Origin: Epiperipatus broadwayi
Lineage: Eukaryota; Animalia; Onychophora
DNA: 64,000 nt
Direction of reading: 5' to 3'
Assembly: GCA_028023455.1 (NCBI GenBank)
Contig: JAQFVV010000003.1
Location: forward strand, 3,224,001 to 3,288,000
The position numbers were made by a program, and so were the translations under genes. Below are positions 37,518 to 50,735 of this stretch, piece by piece. Below the pieces are notes generated by a model that was not told the origin of the DNA, did not search any database, and saw nothing but the letters and a program-made list of their open reading frames with translations. Position 1 is the stretch's first letter, and the number at the start of each line of letters is the position of its first letter.

Positions 37518-39680
37518 TCTTTTCTTACTCTCACAAATAACATTACATTTCATAATATATTTATTTTATTTTTGTATAATCCTATAAAATTTTATTTATC
37601 ACCACTAATTCATTCCCTTTTGTCAAATATACTTTATGATAATACATTTGAATTACCTCTACAATACATTTTACCACACTCAATTTTTTTTAATAGATAC
37701 CAGTTAAAATATAAAGTTAAAATATTATGCTCCACACACTATTTCATGTTATAACTTATGTATATTCTCTTTATATTTTTAAGCATATTTTTTAAACAAG
37801 AATGAATAATAAAAAGGTTAATACCTTTTAAGCTTATATACCACATTGCACATACAATTATTTCAGTAATTACTAACTAAAATACCTCTCATTTGTATTT
37901 CATGTCAAAAAAAAAATTAATAATAAATTTAAAATTAAAATTTTTGTTCTCTTTGTTTTTTTTAAAAAACCCATTTCAAATTTCTACTTTAATACTACCA
38001 TGGTCACCCAATAGATGTTCACTATTTCTCACAACTTTGGGTGCTTTTCCTATCTTCTTTCTGCTACAAACAAATGTCTATTTAAACAAAACATTAACAA
38101 ACAAGCACAACAATAACTGGATAGAAGTTTTAAATTGGATGCATCCTTCCTTCTTGACTAGTTTAAAGCTATATGCACATAATCATACTCTTGAAAATTA
38201 CACTAACGAAAGAATTTAATAAATCTCAATAAATCTATACACTATTTTCCCACATTGCAAAACTAAAATATGTTTAACTAATTTGTCAATAAATTTATTT
38301 CCTTATCTCTTCCCTTTTTCTGTTACTTATTAAGCCCATAAGATTTCAATACATATGCATAATTCATTTAATTTTCTGTATTATAGTGTATCATTTTTGT
38401 GACTGTCATCTACTATTAAAAAATTAAAAGGACTTTTTTGATTACCCTTCCCATTTTACTAAGATTTCACTTTCTATTTAAACATGAGGAATATTAATTC
38501 ACCTTTCATTGTTTTTTTTTCATGATCAATGTAGGCCAAACAGTTTCTTCTTCAAATTTTTTTAAAGCTATTTATCACACATAAATTGTTCATTTCCAAC
38601 AGAATATTAATTTTCATTAGACTCTTAACTAAGTCATTATTTTTGACATCAAATAAAATATTTTTGTATATTTTAAACTTTTATTTCTAGAGATTTTAGA
38701 CTGGTTTCTTGTTTTTAATCTATGACTAATAAAAATACTGAATTTGACATAAACAAATGAATGCTTTCTTATGTGAATGCAGGTATATCTTTCTTTGAAG
38801 AAACGAAATTGTCTCTTCTTTCTCATGGTTATCTCAAATAAGAATAGCAACTTTAGTTTTGCTTTTAAACTGATTTTAGATATCATCTTAGTTTTAAATG
38901 GATGATCAATACTTGTAACTAGATTGTAATAAAAAACTGGTTTGAACTCACTCCATGACTATAACAATTGCTATAAGATATATTATATCCTTAGACAGCT
39001 TTTTAAATATTATTTTACCATTTAAAACTTTAAATATTTTAAAACTTTTACAATTTTTTTATCAAGAAATGAAATTGAATCAGCTACCTGCTTTATATTT
39101 TTGATGAATCTGTATTCCGATCATCTGCTGTTCTCTCTTTTAAAATCCTGAGATAAATTGACATCAGAAAACTATTTACTTAAATCTCATTGGTCAATAT
39201 CCCAAATCAACGATTACAACTTTTAGCTAAATATTTTTTCTGTTTCTATTTAAAATAATTAAAATCAATAAATATTTTACAAATGAAATTAATTTAAATC
39301 ATTTCTTTAAGACTAAAGTTTTAATTCTAATTATATTAATAATATAGTACATTACTAATTGAATTTAAATATAAAATTTATATTATTTATGTTTAAAATA
39401 TATTACTATTATGATAATTTTAAAATAAATTATCATCTTATAATTTATAGTTGTTCCTTTTTTCATTTACTACAATTCTATATATTTAGCTTTTGAAGAA
39501 ACATTGTAATAAAATAAATTAAAGCCAAATTTATAAATATCTATGTTTATTTAGATTGACAACTATTGTATTAAAATTATGTAGTGGATTATAATATAAA
39601 TAATTATAAATAATAATGGTTATTAAATCTTTAACAAATTCTATCTTTAATCTTTATGCACTGTGTCATTTATTCATATT

Positions 39681-40863
39681 GGTACTTGAATATTAACTAA
39701 GCTATGATGTACTACACCAAAGGCATACTACTCTAATCTTACGATCTTTAAGATAATGTCTCCTAGTGATCTACGAACACACTTAATCAATAAAGTTTGC
39801 CTGCAGATCACGTGAAGTCACCTTGAAGATCGCAAGATTAGAGTAGTATGCCTTTGGGGCAGTATGTCATATCATAGTTAATATCAAAGAAGGAGAGGGA
39901 GATGTCCACCACATTGGCCAAACCCTGAATCAAAGAAATGGACTAATAAGTAAAATTGACTAAAATGTAAATATAAATAATTAAGAAAATGTAAATAAGA
40001 ACAATCAAAAATCATTAGAATTATTAATGATATTTAAGAATCATTTGGTCCTGTAAAGAAGAAAATGCCCAAAAATGCAATACTAATTATGAAAATGTAA
40101 ATATGAAAAATGAATACCCAAAAATTATTAACGATATTTAACAATCATTTGCTACGGTAAAATAATTATGAAAATGTAAATATAAATAATCAAAAATCAG
40201 TATTTTCAATGATATTTTAATATTCAAACAAAAGAAGTAATAGCGAATTCCAAATTCATTACTTACAAGTAACTGTCTTTCATAAATGCTGTGATACTCA
40301 AAAAGGGTAAAATGGCTGATTTTACAACCAATTTTTACCCGTACTGTTTCCAGAATATAATTATAAGCAATATTTAAGTAATCGACAAACAAAAACAATA
40401 ATAGGGAAAAAAATCTTTTTTTTTGGATGATATTTAACAAACCCAAATTGATCACATTTAATTTTTAAAAAATGGGAAAAATTGCTCTCAAATATTTACT
40501 ACAAGTAACTGCCTTTCATAAATGCTGCAATACTCAACAAGGTAAAATGATGGATTTTACAACTAATTTTTAGCAATAATTCTGCAATCAAAATGTAAAA
40601 TTAAAATTTCACAAAATGGCGTATGACAGACAATAGAAAAAACACCTCTTGCTTGAAAGACGACAGCAGGTAAAAGACAGATATTTACCACAATTCACTA
40701 CAGTATTACAAAATCTCGAAGGTGACGATGAAAACACCTTGACCACTTCTATCGATTAGTCATGCCAATGTTTCACTTGCCATGACATTGTTTTGGTTCA
40801 TCGTTGATCTTATCTACTGGTGGCTTGTGTAGTACATCATAGCTTAGTTAATACTCAAATACC
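39681..40863. repeat. Unclassified fold-back region with 37-bp outer inverted repeats and an inner hairpin
   Basis: 39681-39717 and 40827-40863 are a 35/37 inverted match. 39717-39750 and 39824-39858 are also inverted. There are internal direct duplications (about 40260-40340 vs 40496-40575, and AAAATGTAAATA units at 39960-40190). Confidence 0.7.
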
Positions 40864-42759
40864 TTTTATAGTCTATTCCTTCAATGGATAACCAATCAAA
40901 AGATTACAATATATACACACATATATTTTTATTTTATTAAAAGTTATGTACTTATTAGATTATTTTAAAATAACAATTTTTGAAATATTTTTGAGTAGTT
41001 TTTTTTTATTATTTATCTCAAAGAAATCAGAGTTTTTTCATTGTAATTATTTGGTTAAATTCATTATAAATAAAGATAAAAATAGATCTTGAGATTAAAA
41101 GTTTTTTTGTTGTCGTTGTTTTAAATTGTAATTCTTAAAAAGACATGGGTTGGGGGAAGAATAAAGTATAGATTTTAGCAATTAACTATATTGTTGAAAC
41201 TTGTGTTATTAAAAGTATTTTGTAATAAAACATTTTCTGGAATCAATCTATTATGCTAATTGAACCAGAACTTTTGCCACTAATTAAAAAAAAGAAATGA
41301 CCAAAAAAGGACAAAAATTAAAACTGTAAAAATCTATCTAAAAATAAAACGATAGGTGTGAATCTAGATTGTGAAAGAAAAAAAACAAATTATGGAATTT
41401 TTTTTTTGTTTAATGATTTGGACTTGTATATTGAAAGCACCTTGGAGAGAGATTGTAATATATTAAACGGTGACAAGAAAATGTCCTCTGACTAAGGGAC
41501 ATCAAAATGTTCCTCTCAGAGACTCACATCTCATAGCCACATCTGAAGCTATCTATGTGAATGTCAGACAAGCTAGCCAAGGAAATCAACAAAGAGCCAA
41601 TGAAACTCATGGAGGATTCATGCTAGTAGTTGTAAGAAAAATCTTTTATGAACTTTGACCACCTGGAGAAAGTTGAGCCACTGATCGATCAGGGTAATTA
41701 TGAACTTTTATTAAAGAACTTTTCCTTGAATTGGCATATTAGAGTAGTAGACTCCATTAACTTAAATATATAAAAAAAATTTCAACAGTAGAGACAGGGT
41801 TTAAGAGGGATTAGTAATTTTATATCATTTTGTATTAATTAAAAAGGGGTATAGGTTTTTACATTACTAACTTTTTATTAATCAATATTGTATTTTTTTC
41901 TATAATTTTTCTTCAATTGTTATATTCAAAATATGTGTACAAGTGATAACTGCTCAATTTAGTAATTCAATCAGGGAGAATGGAGGAAAATAAAAGATTA
42001 AGTTAAAAGTTTCGATGATAAGTTGACATAGAAGTCTTATGTCGGTTGGAATCTGGTGTTTGAAATAGAGATCTTAAATGATGGCAAGCAGACAGCTAAC
42101 ACTTGCACTATCTAGGAAGAGTTTGAATTATTTTTTAACATAGAAGGACTTTGAGTGTTGCAATACTGCACACTCTTATAGTAATAGACCCTAGAGTTTC
42201 ATTTCTATTTGGTCAGGGTTTCTATTATCAATTTGGACTGCTGTCATTCATAGAATTTGTGATGGCACATGTTGCCTCTGGAAAGAGTATACAATGTTAA
42301 ACTATTGGTATGCATTAAAAGGATATAGATTGAGATTAAATTTACACTTGTATTTTGTTTTAATAATAGAACAAGTCAGTTTAGGATGTTATAGAAGGAA
42401 GAATTGAAAAACAATTAATAAATAGAAAAGAATATAATAAATGTCTAAACTTTATTTAAGTATCTGTTTTAATCTAATTTATTATATTAATAATTAAGTA
42501 TCCATTTTATATAATTAAAGCCCATGTAAGATTACAATTTAAAATATATTAGGTGGCCACTGTATGTAAACAAATTTTTACTATGATCATTGAAGTTTCT
42601 TTTCAATCTAGTGCTAGGCTATATGTCTAGTGACATTCTCATACCAATCATCATAATTTTAGTAATCTTTAGAAAATTACAATCAGAGTGACATTTTGTA
42701 ATGGCACAATATATATATGGGTCGTCTTGTTTTTGGTTGTTTTTGCTTCTCCCTGGTTT

Positions 42760-43009
42760 TTTCTCAATTTTTTTTTTTTTTTTGTTTTTTTTTTTATATT
42801 TATTATATATATGAAAATTTTGGGGGGGGGGGGGGGTTTAATTTTTTTAAAAATTATAGAAAAAGTTTTATTTTTATTTTTTTTTTAATAATAATATTTT
42901 AAAAAAAAAGAAATATATTTAATTTTAATAGAATGTGGGGAAAATTAAAAAAATTTTATTTGGGAAAGGGTGGGGGGGGAAGGGGGGAACGCTGGGGGGG
43001 GGGGGGGGG

Positions 43010-43074
<65 letters not shown>

Positions 43075-43100
43075 AAATAAAGGAAGGGGGGGGGGGTTTG
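42760..43100. repeat. Homopolymer-rich low-complexity block (poly-T, poly-G, poly-A)
   Basis: Read directly. Probably a low-quality consensus. Confidence 0.8.
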
Positions 43101-45292
43101 TTAGGATATATAGTACCAATGAGGCTAGTTTACTTCTTATTCTATGACAAAATTAATGAATAACTTTCTAAAAGTAATTTTTTGTGTTTAAAATTATTAT
43201 TATTAACTTTTATTACTAAAATAATAAAATTTTAATAAATTTTACACTTAACATTTTTAGATAAAGAAAATATAGTTTCCTCCTCTAATGATTTATTGAT
43301 TAACTTCCTAAATCACCTGCTTATCTTTTATTGATATGAAAAAATGTCCAATATCTGATTGGTTAATTACCTTCAGACATCTAACTAAAATAAATATTAA
43401 TTACTGTCTACAATTTAAAAAATGAATTAAAACTAATATTATTAAATAAATATTTATTAATTTTAATAATGTACAATTTAAATTATCTTTTAATAAGAAA
43501 ATAATCTTTATTTAAAATCAAACTGTAACACTTTCAAAATTTATATTATTGTTTTAATTATTGATTTCAAGAACTTTTATGAAATTTATAATTAAAAGTA
43601 ACATTTATTATTTAGATAATTAACTACTATACCAGAAATTAAATTTCTTTATTATTAAATAAATGTGTGCACATATCTATTAACACACATCTCACTCCCC
43701 ATTTATTTTATCATTAATTAAATAATTTTAAAATAACACATAAGTAACAATTTTCTAAATTATTATTAATAATTATAAGAAATATTAATTTTAATCATTA
43801 TAATTACTAATCAAAAATACTTTACATTATTTTAACTATTATTTACTTTCTGATTTTAAAATAAATAGTACAATTTATAGTTCAAATTTATAACTGATGT
43901 GATTTATTACCATCTAAAGAAAGTTGACTTAAATTTAGCACTAAAAAAACAATGAAATTAAAGTCTTCTATAAATTAAATAATAGATTTTTTTATCAATC
44001 ATTACATAAAATTTAAAATTTTAATTAAAAATGATCATTATCAACAACCATACAATAATGTAACAAATAGAAAGACTACAATATATATTATATTAAAATG
44101 ATATATTTTATAGGAACATATTTTATTAATATATATATATGTTAAGTATATCTGTGGAAAAGACATTTTATTTAATAATTTAAAAATATGACATTGAGTG
44201 TGTTTAAAATATTTTATTATTATCATTAATTAAACATATTATGCACTCTTTTACTTAAATAAAAATTAATTTTATAAAACTGGTTTAAAAAGAAAGTTAA
44301 TGTATTTTTATAATTGTACAAAATATTATTTTATATTGAAATCAATTTTGTTGTATTTAAAATATTAATATGTAAAGAACTGATATTATATTTTATTAAA
44401 TGAATTATGAATTGCAAAATAATTTATTGTTCTGTTGGTACTTTTTCAAAAATAACTTATTGATATTGATTGATCACATGGAAAGATTAGATTGTCAGTC
44501 TTTAAGAGAAAAGTACCAAATTTTAAGACTATAAAATGAATTTTTAAATAGTTTTTTATTCCAAAAAAGCAAACATAAATTCAAATGGGCAATCTATTCT
44601 TCCATCTCTTCATCCAACATGAATAGGAATACATTTCAAGACCATCAAGTGCTGCAAAAATTATTATTGTTTCTTCAATTTCATATAGGCCTATATTTAA
44701 AATAGACTGACATAATAGAAAAATCATTTGCTAGGGTTTTCAAAATTGCAAAAAAAAAATAAAACTTTTTTGGTAAATAAATAATAGTAAATAAAAACAA
44801 TTTATAAATCTTTATTGAATATTTTTTTATAAAAAATAATAAACTGTTACACATATAATTATTTTTATACCAATATTAGTTATTCATAACTTAACTTATC
44901 TGTTGATTAAACATTGTCCAAATTAATATAGTTGTTAATATGTATTCAAATTAGTAATTTAAATGTTTTATGGAAATTGTTCAAAAAAATAATACTAGTG
45001 TGATAAATAATAATTCATTCTTATTTACAAAAAGTATATTGACATTATGTTTTAGTACAGATTATAAAATATATAATCTGTGTTATTTAAAGATAATTAT
45101 TTATAATTTTGAATTTTATAACATTGTTTAATTTACTACTAATTATTTATTTTATATATGGGAATTAACCAATGCTGCATATATTGACAGTTAAAATATT
45201 GGGTTATGGAATGTATTCAATTTCATATATCACTGATATGAGATATACATTACTCTGACTTCGTTTATCTGTTTGATGGTTTACTACCAATT

Positions 45293-45680
45293 CTGCCCAA
45301 TAGAATTATAGTAACTGTGATTATTAAAGAACCAAAGACATCAAAAAGTATGGAAGCTGAACTGAGTTCAGATTTATATGATTATACAAACTAATGAGCT
45401 AAGCTTAAAAACATTATTGTGTTTTCATTTTGGACTCAAAGTTTTATAGTTAACTAAAAAAGTAAAAGGTGGCTTCTGAGAGTTTCATTAGATCCTAAGA
45501 TTTAGATAGAGTGCACTCAGATTCAAGGTTCCTCACTGATGAAAGCCATGAGCTAGAAACTAGTCCAGCGATATTGGATGATTAGACACTAGATAGGGAT
45601 TTTATGCACAACCCTTCCTGCATACATTGATTGCTCTGGCTTGCACTGAGTGGGGCTACTGTATGGAGAGTTTTGTCTCT
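45293..45680 (+). mobile_element. Family A single, older copy with an HHR at 45532-45569
   Basis: CTCA CTGATGA A-AGC CATGA GCT-A GAAA CTAG TC. Colinear with 61370-61695. Confidence 0.75.
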
Positions 45681-46599
45681 GTGAAAACATCTAATTGTAC
45701 ATAGTCATTAATTTTATTGTTGTGATGGTATAGTTTTAGTTAATCATAAATTATTGATGGAAAGTTTACTTGGTAGTAGTGATTTTTATGTTGTTATTTA
45801 GAATTGTTTTATTTTTAGTAAGGATGGGAATATGTGACTTGCACAGTCATCATTTATTATTTCTATAGTCTACAGATAAATCAAGAAAGAAAACAATTAG
45901 AAATCATTTATATTTAATAAATATATTTGAATTTAAAGAGAATATAGAGTTCATAAATGATTTATTTATTAAAAATAAAAATATTTTTAGTTCTATTCAT
46001 GCTTCATAAGCTAACTCTAAAAGAATGTGTCATTGTCATTATCAACTAATGGGAAAAGCTCAGCAAAAGAAAACATATACTTTTTTCCATTTGGAAAAAC
46101 TTTGTTTTCTTTTAACTACTTTTCATCAACAGTTTGTGGATTTGTAATAGAAACAATGTACTGTGAGTAGAAACCATGTAGGAGTGGCAGAATGTAAACT
46201 CTTAGTAAATATCTGCAGGAATAAATAAAATGGATAACAACAAGTACTGTGATGATTATCTGAAGCCATTGAACCTTTGGACTTGCCATGAATTGCAATG
46301 TTTATAAAAGTAGTTGGACATCATCTAATAATAACAATGTCCATTGAATCCTATGTTTTTGTTTGTCATCTTGGGATGTTAAAAAACACTCCACAGGAGA
46401 ATGGAACTGTAATCTGAACTTTAACTAGTTCAGAGAAGTTAGTGCCATATTGAATTTTTAAAAAACTGACTTGAGACACAATTTTCACACTAACTTGTTT
46501 TTATAATGTTAGAGTAAAATGCTATATATTGACAAAAATAGAAAAACTAAACAAAAAAATAAGGCTAAGGCAAGTAGTGATTACCATTAAAAAAGTAAG

Positions 46600-47340
46600 G
46601 GGAAAAAAGAAATTTCAATTTCTGAAAAAATTATTACTTTATTGTCTGTTCGTAATTTCTAATTTATCATTAACTAAGTTTAAAATTATATCTTCAGTAA
46701 TAATTTCTTTGTATACCTCACTAAATTCTCATTTGAACCATATATAATTCTTCTTACTATCTGAGATAATCCATAGCTTCAAAACTTACAAAAGTAGTAA
46801 TATAAGAATTCTTCATTTTTATCTTGTATCCCAAAAGTTAAAAAATGTCAAGGTGTCTATAAAAAAAAGATTCATCCTAATAAAAGATATATAAATTATT
46901 TCCAGAAGGAGGATATGCATTTATAATCATAGCAATTGGCTTCTTGTCTATTCAAACTAGAAATGGAAGGCCATTATCTGAATGAATGATAAAATGAGTT
47001 TTTTTGTGCACCTTAGTGATGCTATCTCGTTATATTTAGTAACCCACAAAGATATAATTTATTTGTATATAGCACATTTGCTATCTATAGACTTGAAAAT
47101 AATGTGATGCCAGATGTAGGAAAACTATTGACTCCATAGCATGAGTATCCAGGCATAGGCAAGAATCTGAATTTGATTCTTTGCCTGCATACAATTCCAT
47201 GTGGTATACATAATCATTGTGGCTATTGCCACACACCCACCACTAAAATCTCTCTTTATTGGTTTAAACATTTATATTGTCACATGGTACTATGCCCAGT
47301 AAATTTTATGATTATTTCATCAATTGCAAACTTTCATCTG
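46600..47340 (-). pseudogene. piggyBac-like transposase remnant
   Basis: DEIIIKFTGHSTM*QY (like DExMxxFxGRxxxKQY), WVCGNSHNDYVYHMELYAGK (like WxLxDxxxGYxxxFExYxGK) and LV*IDKKPIAMI. Ends not found. Confidence 0.55.
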
Positions 47341-47840
47341 ATAATCAGTCTTAAAATTTACTTTGTACTGCTCTATAATAGACTATTTTTACAGATGTAG
47401 AAAAAATTATTACTTGTTATACAAACAGACATTCTAATATACACTAATACAAATACAGACATGCTAATAAATTACTAAATTTTTTAAAGTCATTATATCT
47501 ATAAAAATAAGATTGTTTCAAACTTGGATCAGAACCCCAAACTCACATTGTGCATAAATTGCTACTTTTATTATAGTTGAATACATATATAATTTATATA
47601 CTACACAGACTCACTAATGCAAACACAAATACCTTAATAAGATATACATCTATCTAATAATAAAAAATTTAAATTTAATACTTTTCAGGATAAAGGCCTT
47701 GAAAGTGGAAAATCGTTGAAGCATGTTGAATCCATTTTATTATTAATTTTGGCTGTTTGAAACGTTTACACCTTGGTTTTCTCCATACAATATAATAAAG
47801 TGAGCAGGAACAAAATTAAATGAACTTAATATTACAAATA

Positions 47841-49051
47841 CAGGATGTCCCAAAAAAATGTATACTCACTTTGAATGATAACTCCAGTTTTTATTCACAT
47901 ATAATTAATATTTAAATTGCAAAAGAATCTACATAAAATGTTATAAATTTTCCTCCTATTGCAAATGTTCAAAATTATTACTATTCTGGTCAATACACTG
48001 CTGATAATGTTGGGCTATTTATTCACAAAGTTTAATAAACATTCCATTTGGTGTGGTGGCATATTCTTGCTCAATTGCAGCTTTTAATTCTTCCAGTGTC
48101 ATCGGTTTTCTGGCATAGACTTTAACTTTAAGGTATCCCCACAAGAAAAAGTCCATTGGCATCAGGTCTTCATCCAGGCCATCTATTTGGAAGGTTTGCA
48201 TCAAGATATGCTCTTACATCATGATAATAGTGTGGAGGTTATCCATTCTGTTGGAAATAAAATTTGCCATCTTCACCAAAGTGCCCCAGAATGCATGGTA
48301 AAATAGATTCTTGTAGTAAATTCAAGTAATTGGCACCAGTCACTGTACTGTCAAAAAAAATGTTTCAATTAATCCTTTGCTTGAAATGCACTGAAACTCC
48401 TGGTAAATTTACTTTGTGTTGCTGTGTAAAATGTGGGTTTACAGTTGCCCAGTAAAGGCAATTATGTCAATTAATTGTGCCATTTAATTTGAATGTAGCT
48501 TCATTGCTTCAAACAATTTTACCTAAAAACATCCTGTTCACATTTTTCCAACTACCATTCACAAAATTGTTTTCTTTGGTCTGGATCATCTTCACTGATA
48601 GCATGTACCATTGTTGGAATGTAACTTTTTCATTTACATCTTAAAATGTGATGGACACTTGATTTGCTGATGCCAATCTCACAACTTAATTGTCTTACAG
48701 ATTTTCCAGATGTTTTGCAATAACTTTCCAGTACTCTTTTTTGGATGGTGAAGCTCATTGATGTTCTTGGTCTCCAGAATGTTGGCTATGAACATTTTGA
48801 ACAGTTCCATTTGTTTTAAACTTATATTCTATCCAATTAATTGTAAGTCACATAGATGGATCTGCCTGAAACTCCTTGTGATATTGTTTTTGTACTTCTG
48901 CTACGTTTTCATACTTCCAATAGCATTTTAAAATAAATTTTCTTTATTCAAAAGTTAATCTTGGTCCATTCATTATTTCCAATTAATTACACCCTGAAAA
49001 GAAAGAAAATTAAGAACCATTAAACAGTGTATACATTTTTGGGACACCCTG
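47841..49051 (-). mobile_element. Tc1/mariner DNA transposon (rosa/DD41D-like), near full length, transposase pseudogenised
   Basis: TIRs CAGGATGTCCCAAAAA..TGTATAC and GTATACATTTTTGGGACACCCTG, with TA on both sides (47839-40, 49052-53). ATG at 48969 (MDQRLTFE*RKFILKCYW); SNEATFKLNG..N*HNC.YWA..NPH; QQNG*PPHY; MDFFLWGYLK.KVY..KP.TLEELK. Confidence 0.92.
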
Positions 49052-50419
49052 TATTAATAAAAAATCGAAATTTCATCATATCATACATCATTTTAGAAAG
49101 GAAATTGAACTGCAGATAATTGTGATATTGACGCATGTGAACCTTTGATTTTCCTGTAATTTTAAAATGAAAACAAAGAAAGTTTAATTTCAAATGAATG
49201 CAGTCATACTAACTTTTGTGAAATAGTTAAACAACCTTTATTTATCTTTAATAACTAACGAAATAACAGTAATACACTGATAGATATCCAATTTTTTCTT
49301 TTTAATTATCTTAATTATTAATGTATTCCATATTATCTGATATGCATTTAATTAATAAATCAAGTAAATAAGATTTAAGTTGATCATTGACGTAATATTT
49401 TAGAAAACAAATCAAAATTAAAAACAGAATTAATATTTACTTTAAATATATAAAATGAGCATTATGATAAAAACATTACTTGATTTAAGGTATAGAAAAT
49501 ATTTTAAAAAAAATAATAAAAGAATTTTTATATTGCATGAAAGATTATGTATTTAACCCTTTTGTGAACATGCACATTAATGATCTTTATATATCATATC
49601 TAGCACAATTGCAATATGGCAAAGATAGATTAAGATTATACAATAAATTACATTAGATTGCAATTATTATAATTAAAATTGTGTTATTTATCTTAATAAA
49701 CTCGATGAATTGATAGTTATCTTAATAAACTTATTTTATTATTAATCTAGGCAGCATTAGTTTTAACTATTAACAAATTACTTTATTTATAAAATATTTA
49801 GTGATATATTTCATACTATACACCTATTAAATAATAAACCATATATTTATTGATATTTTCATTAACCTAAACAAAATACTTATCAACACGTAGATATATT
49901 GACACTTTACAATTTATTGTAATATAAGTTTAGGTTATTATAAATTCATTTATGTATCAGTTTATTATCTATCTACCAGTTATATTATTGGTTACCTCAA
50001 GTGCAGCTCTTATTATCCATTATAGTGTGTGTGTGCGTGTATATATATATATATATCAAATAATATAAATATAATAAACAAAATACACTAGAATAACTTT
50101 ACAAAATTAAAAATGAATATATAAAACTGAACAATTTTTTTACTATAGCCAGCTTTTCTTCCACCATCTTGAGTAGCAATACAACATTAATATTTAAATC
50201 TCATTAAAATCACACAACAGTAATGTTTTCACATGAATGGTCAACTTTCCATAAATTATGAAAATTAACACAATTACACAATTTATTCAACACATTATCT
50301 GCACTATTTATAAATTATGACTCTTTAATTTTAATATTGCATTTAAAGTTGGTGCAAATATTGGAAGGTTACTTATTAATGAAAAAGATTGTATTAATAA
50401 AGTCAACAAATGTAATATT

Positions 50420-50735
50420 ATATATAAAGTGATATGTCATTGTGGATATAGTTACATCAGGGAGACTAAATGTGCATTAAAAGAAAGAGTTAGGAAGCAC
50501 GAATTATTATATAAGTTATGTTGTTCTGTGGATACCTATAAATCTGTTTTTGCAAAACATGCAGTGATTTGTAGTGGAGAATTCTGCTTCGATGGTGTTT
50601 TTGTTTTGCATGTGGAAAATGATTTGAAAAAAAATAATTAAGAAGTGATATTTTATAAATAATACAGATAATATGTTGAATAAACAACGTAATTGTATTA
50701 GTATTTACCATTTATGGAAAGTTGGCCATTCATGT
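50420..50735 (+). pseudogene. Penelope-like element PLE3: GIY-YIG 3' fragment with an inverted terminal copy
   Basis: CHCGYSYIRETKCALKERVRKH...SVFAKH...VLHVEND. 50710-50734 is a 24/25 inverted match to 50232-50256. Confidence 0.7.

Noticed and set aside
41440-42330. PPT plus LTR (GGAGAGAGA-T-TGTAAT) and a protease-like LFLDSASVS on the minus strand
   Set aside because: Plausible LTR-element debris, but too fragmentary to call.
42690-43120. G-quadruplex or regulatory element in the poly-G/poly-A block
   Set aside because: The pattern of long mixed homopolymers looks like a low-quality consensus rather than real sequence.
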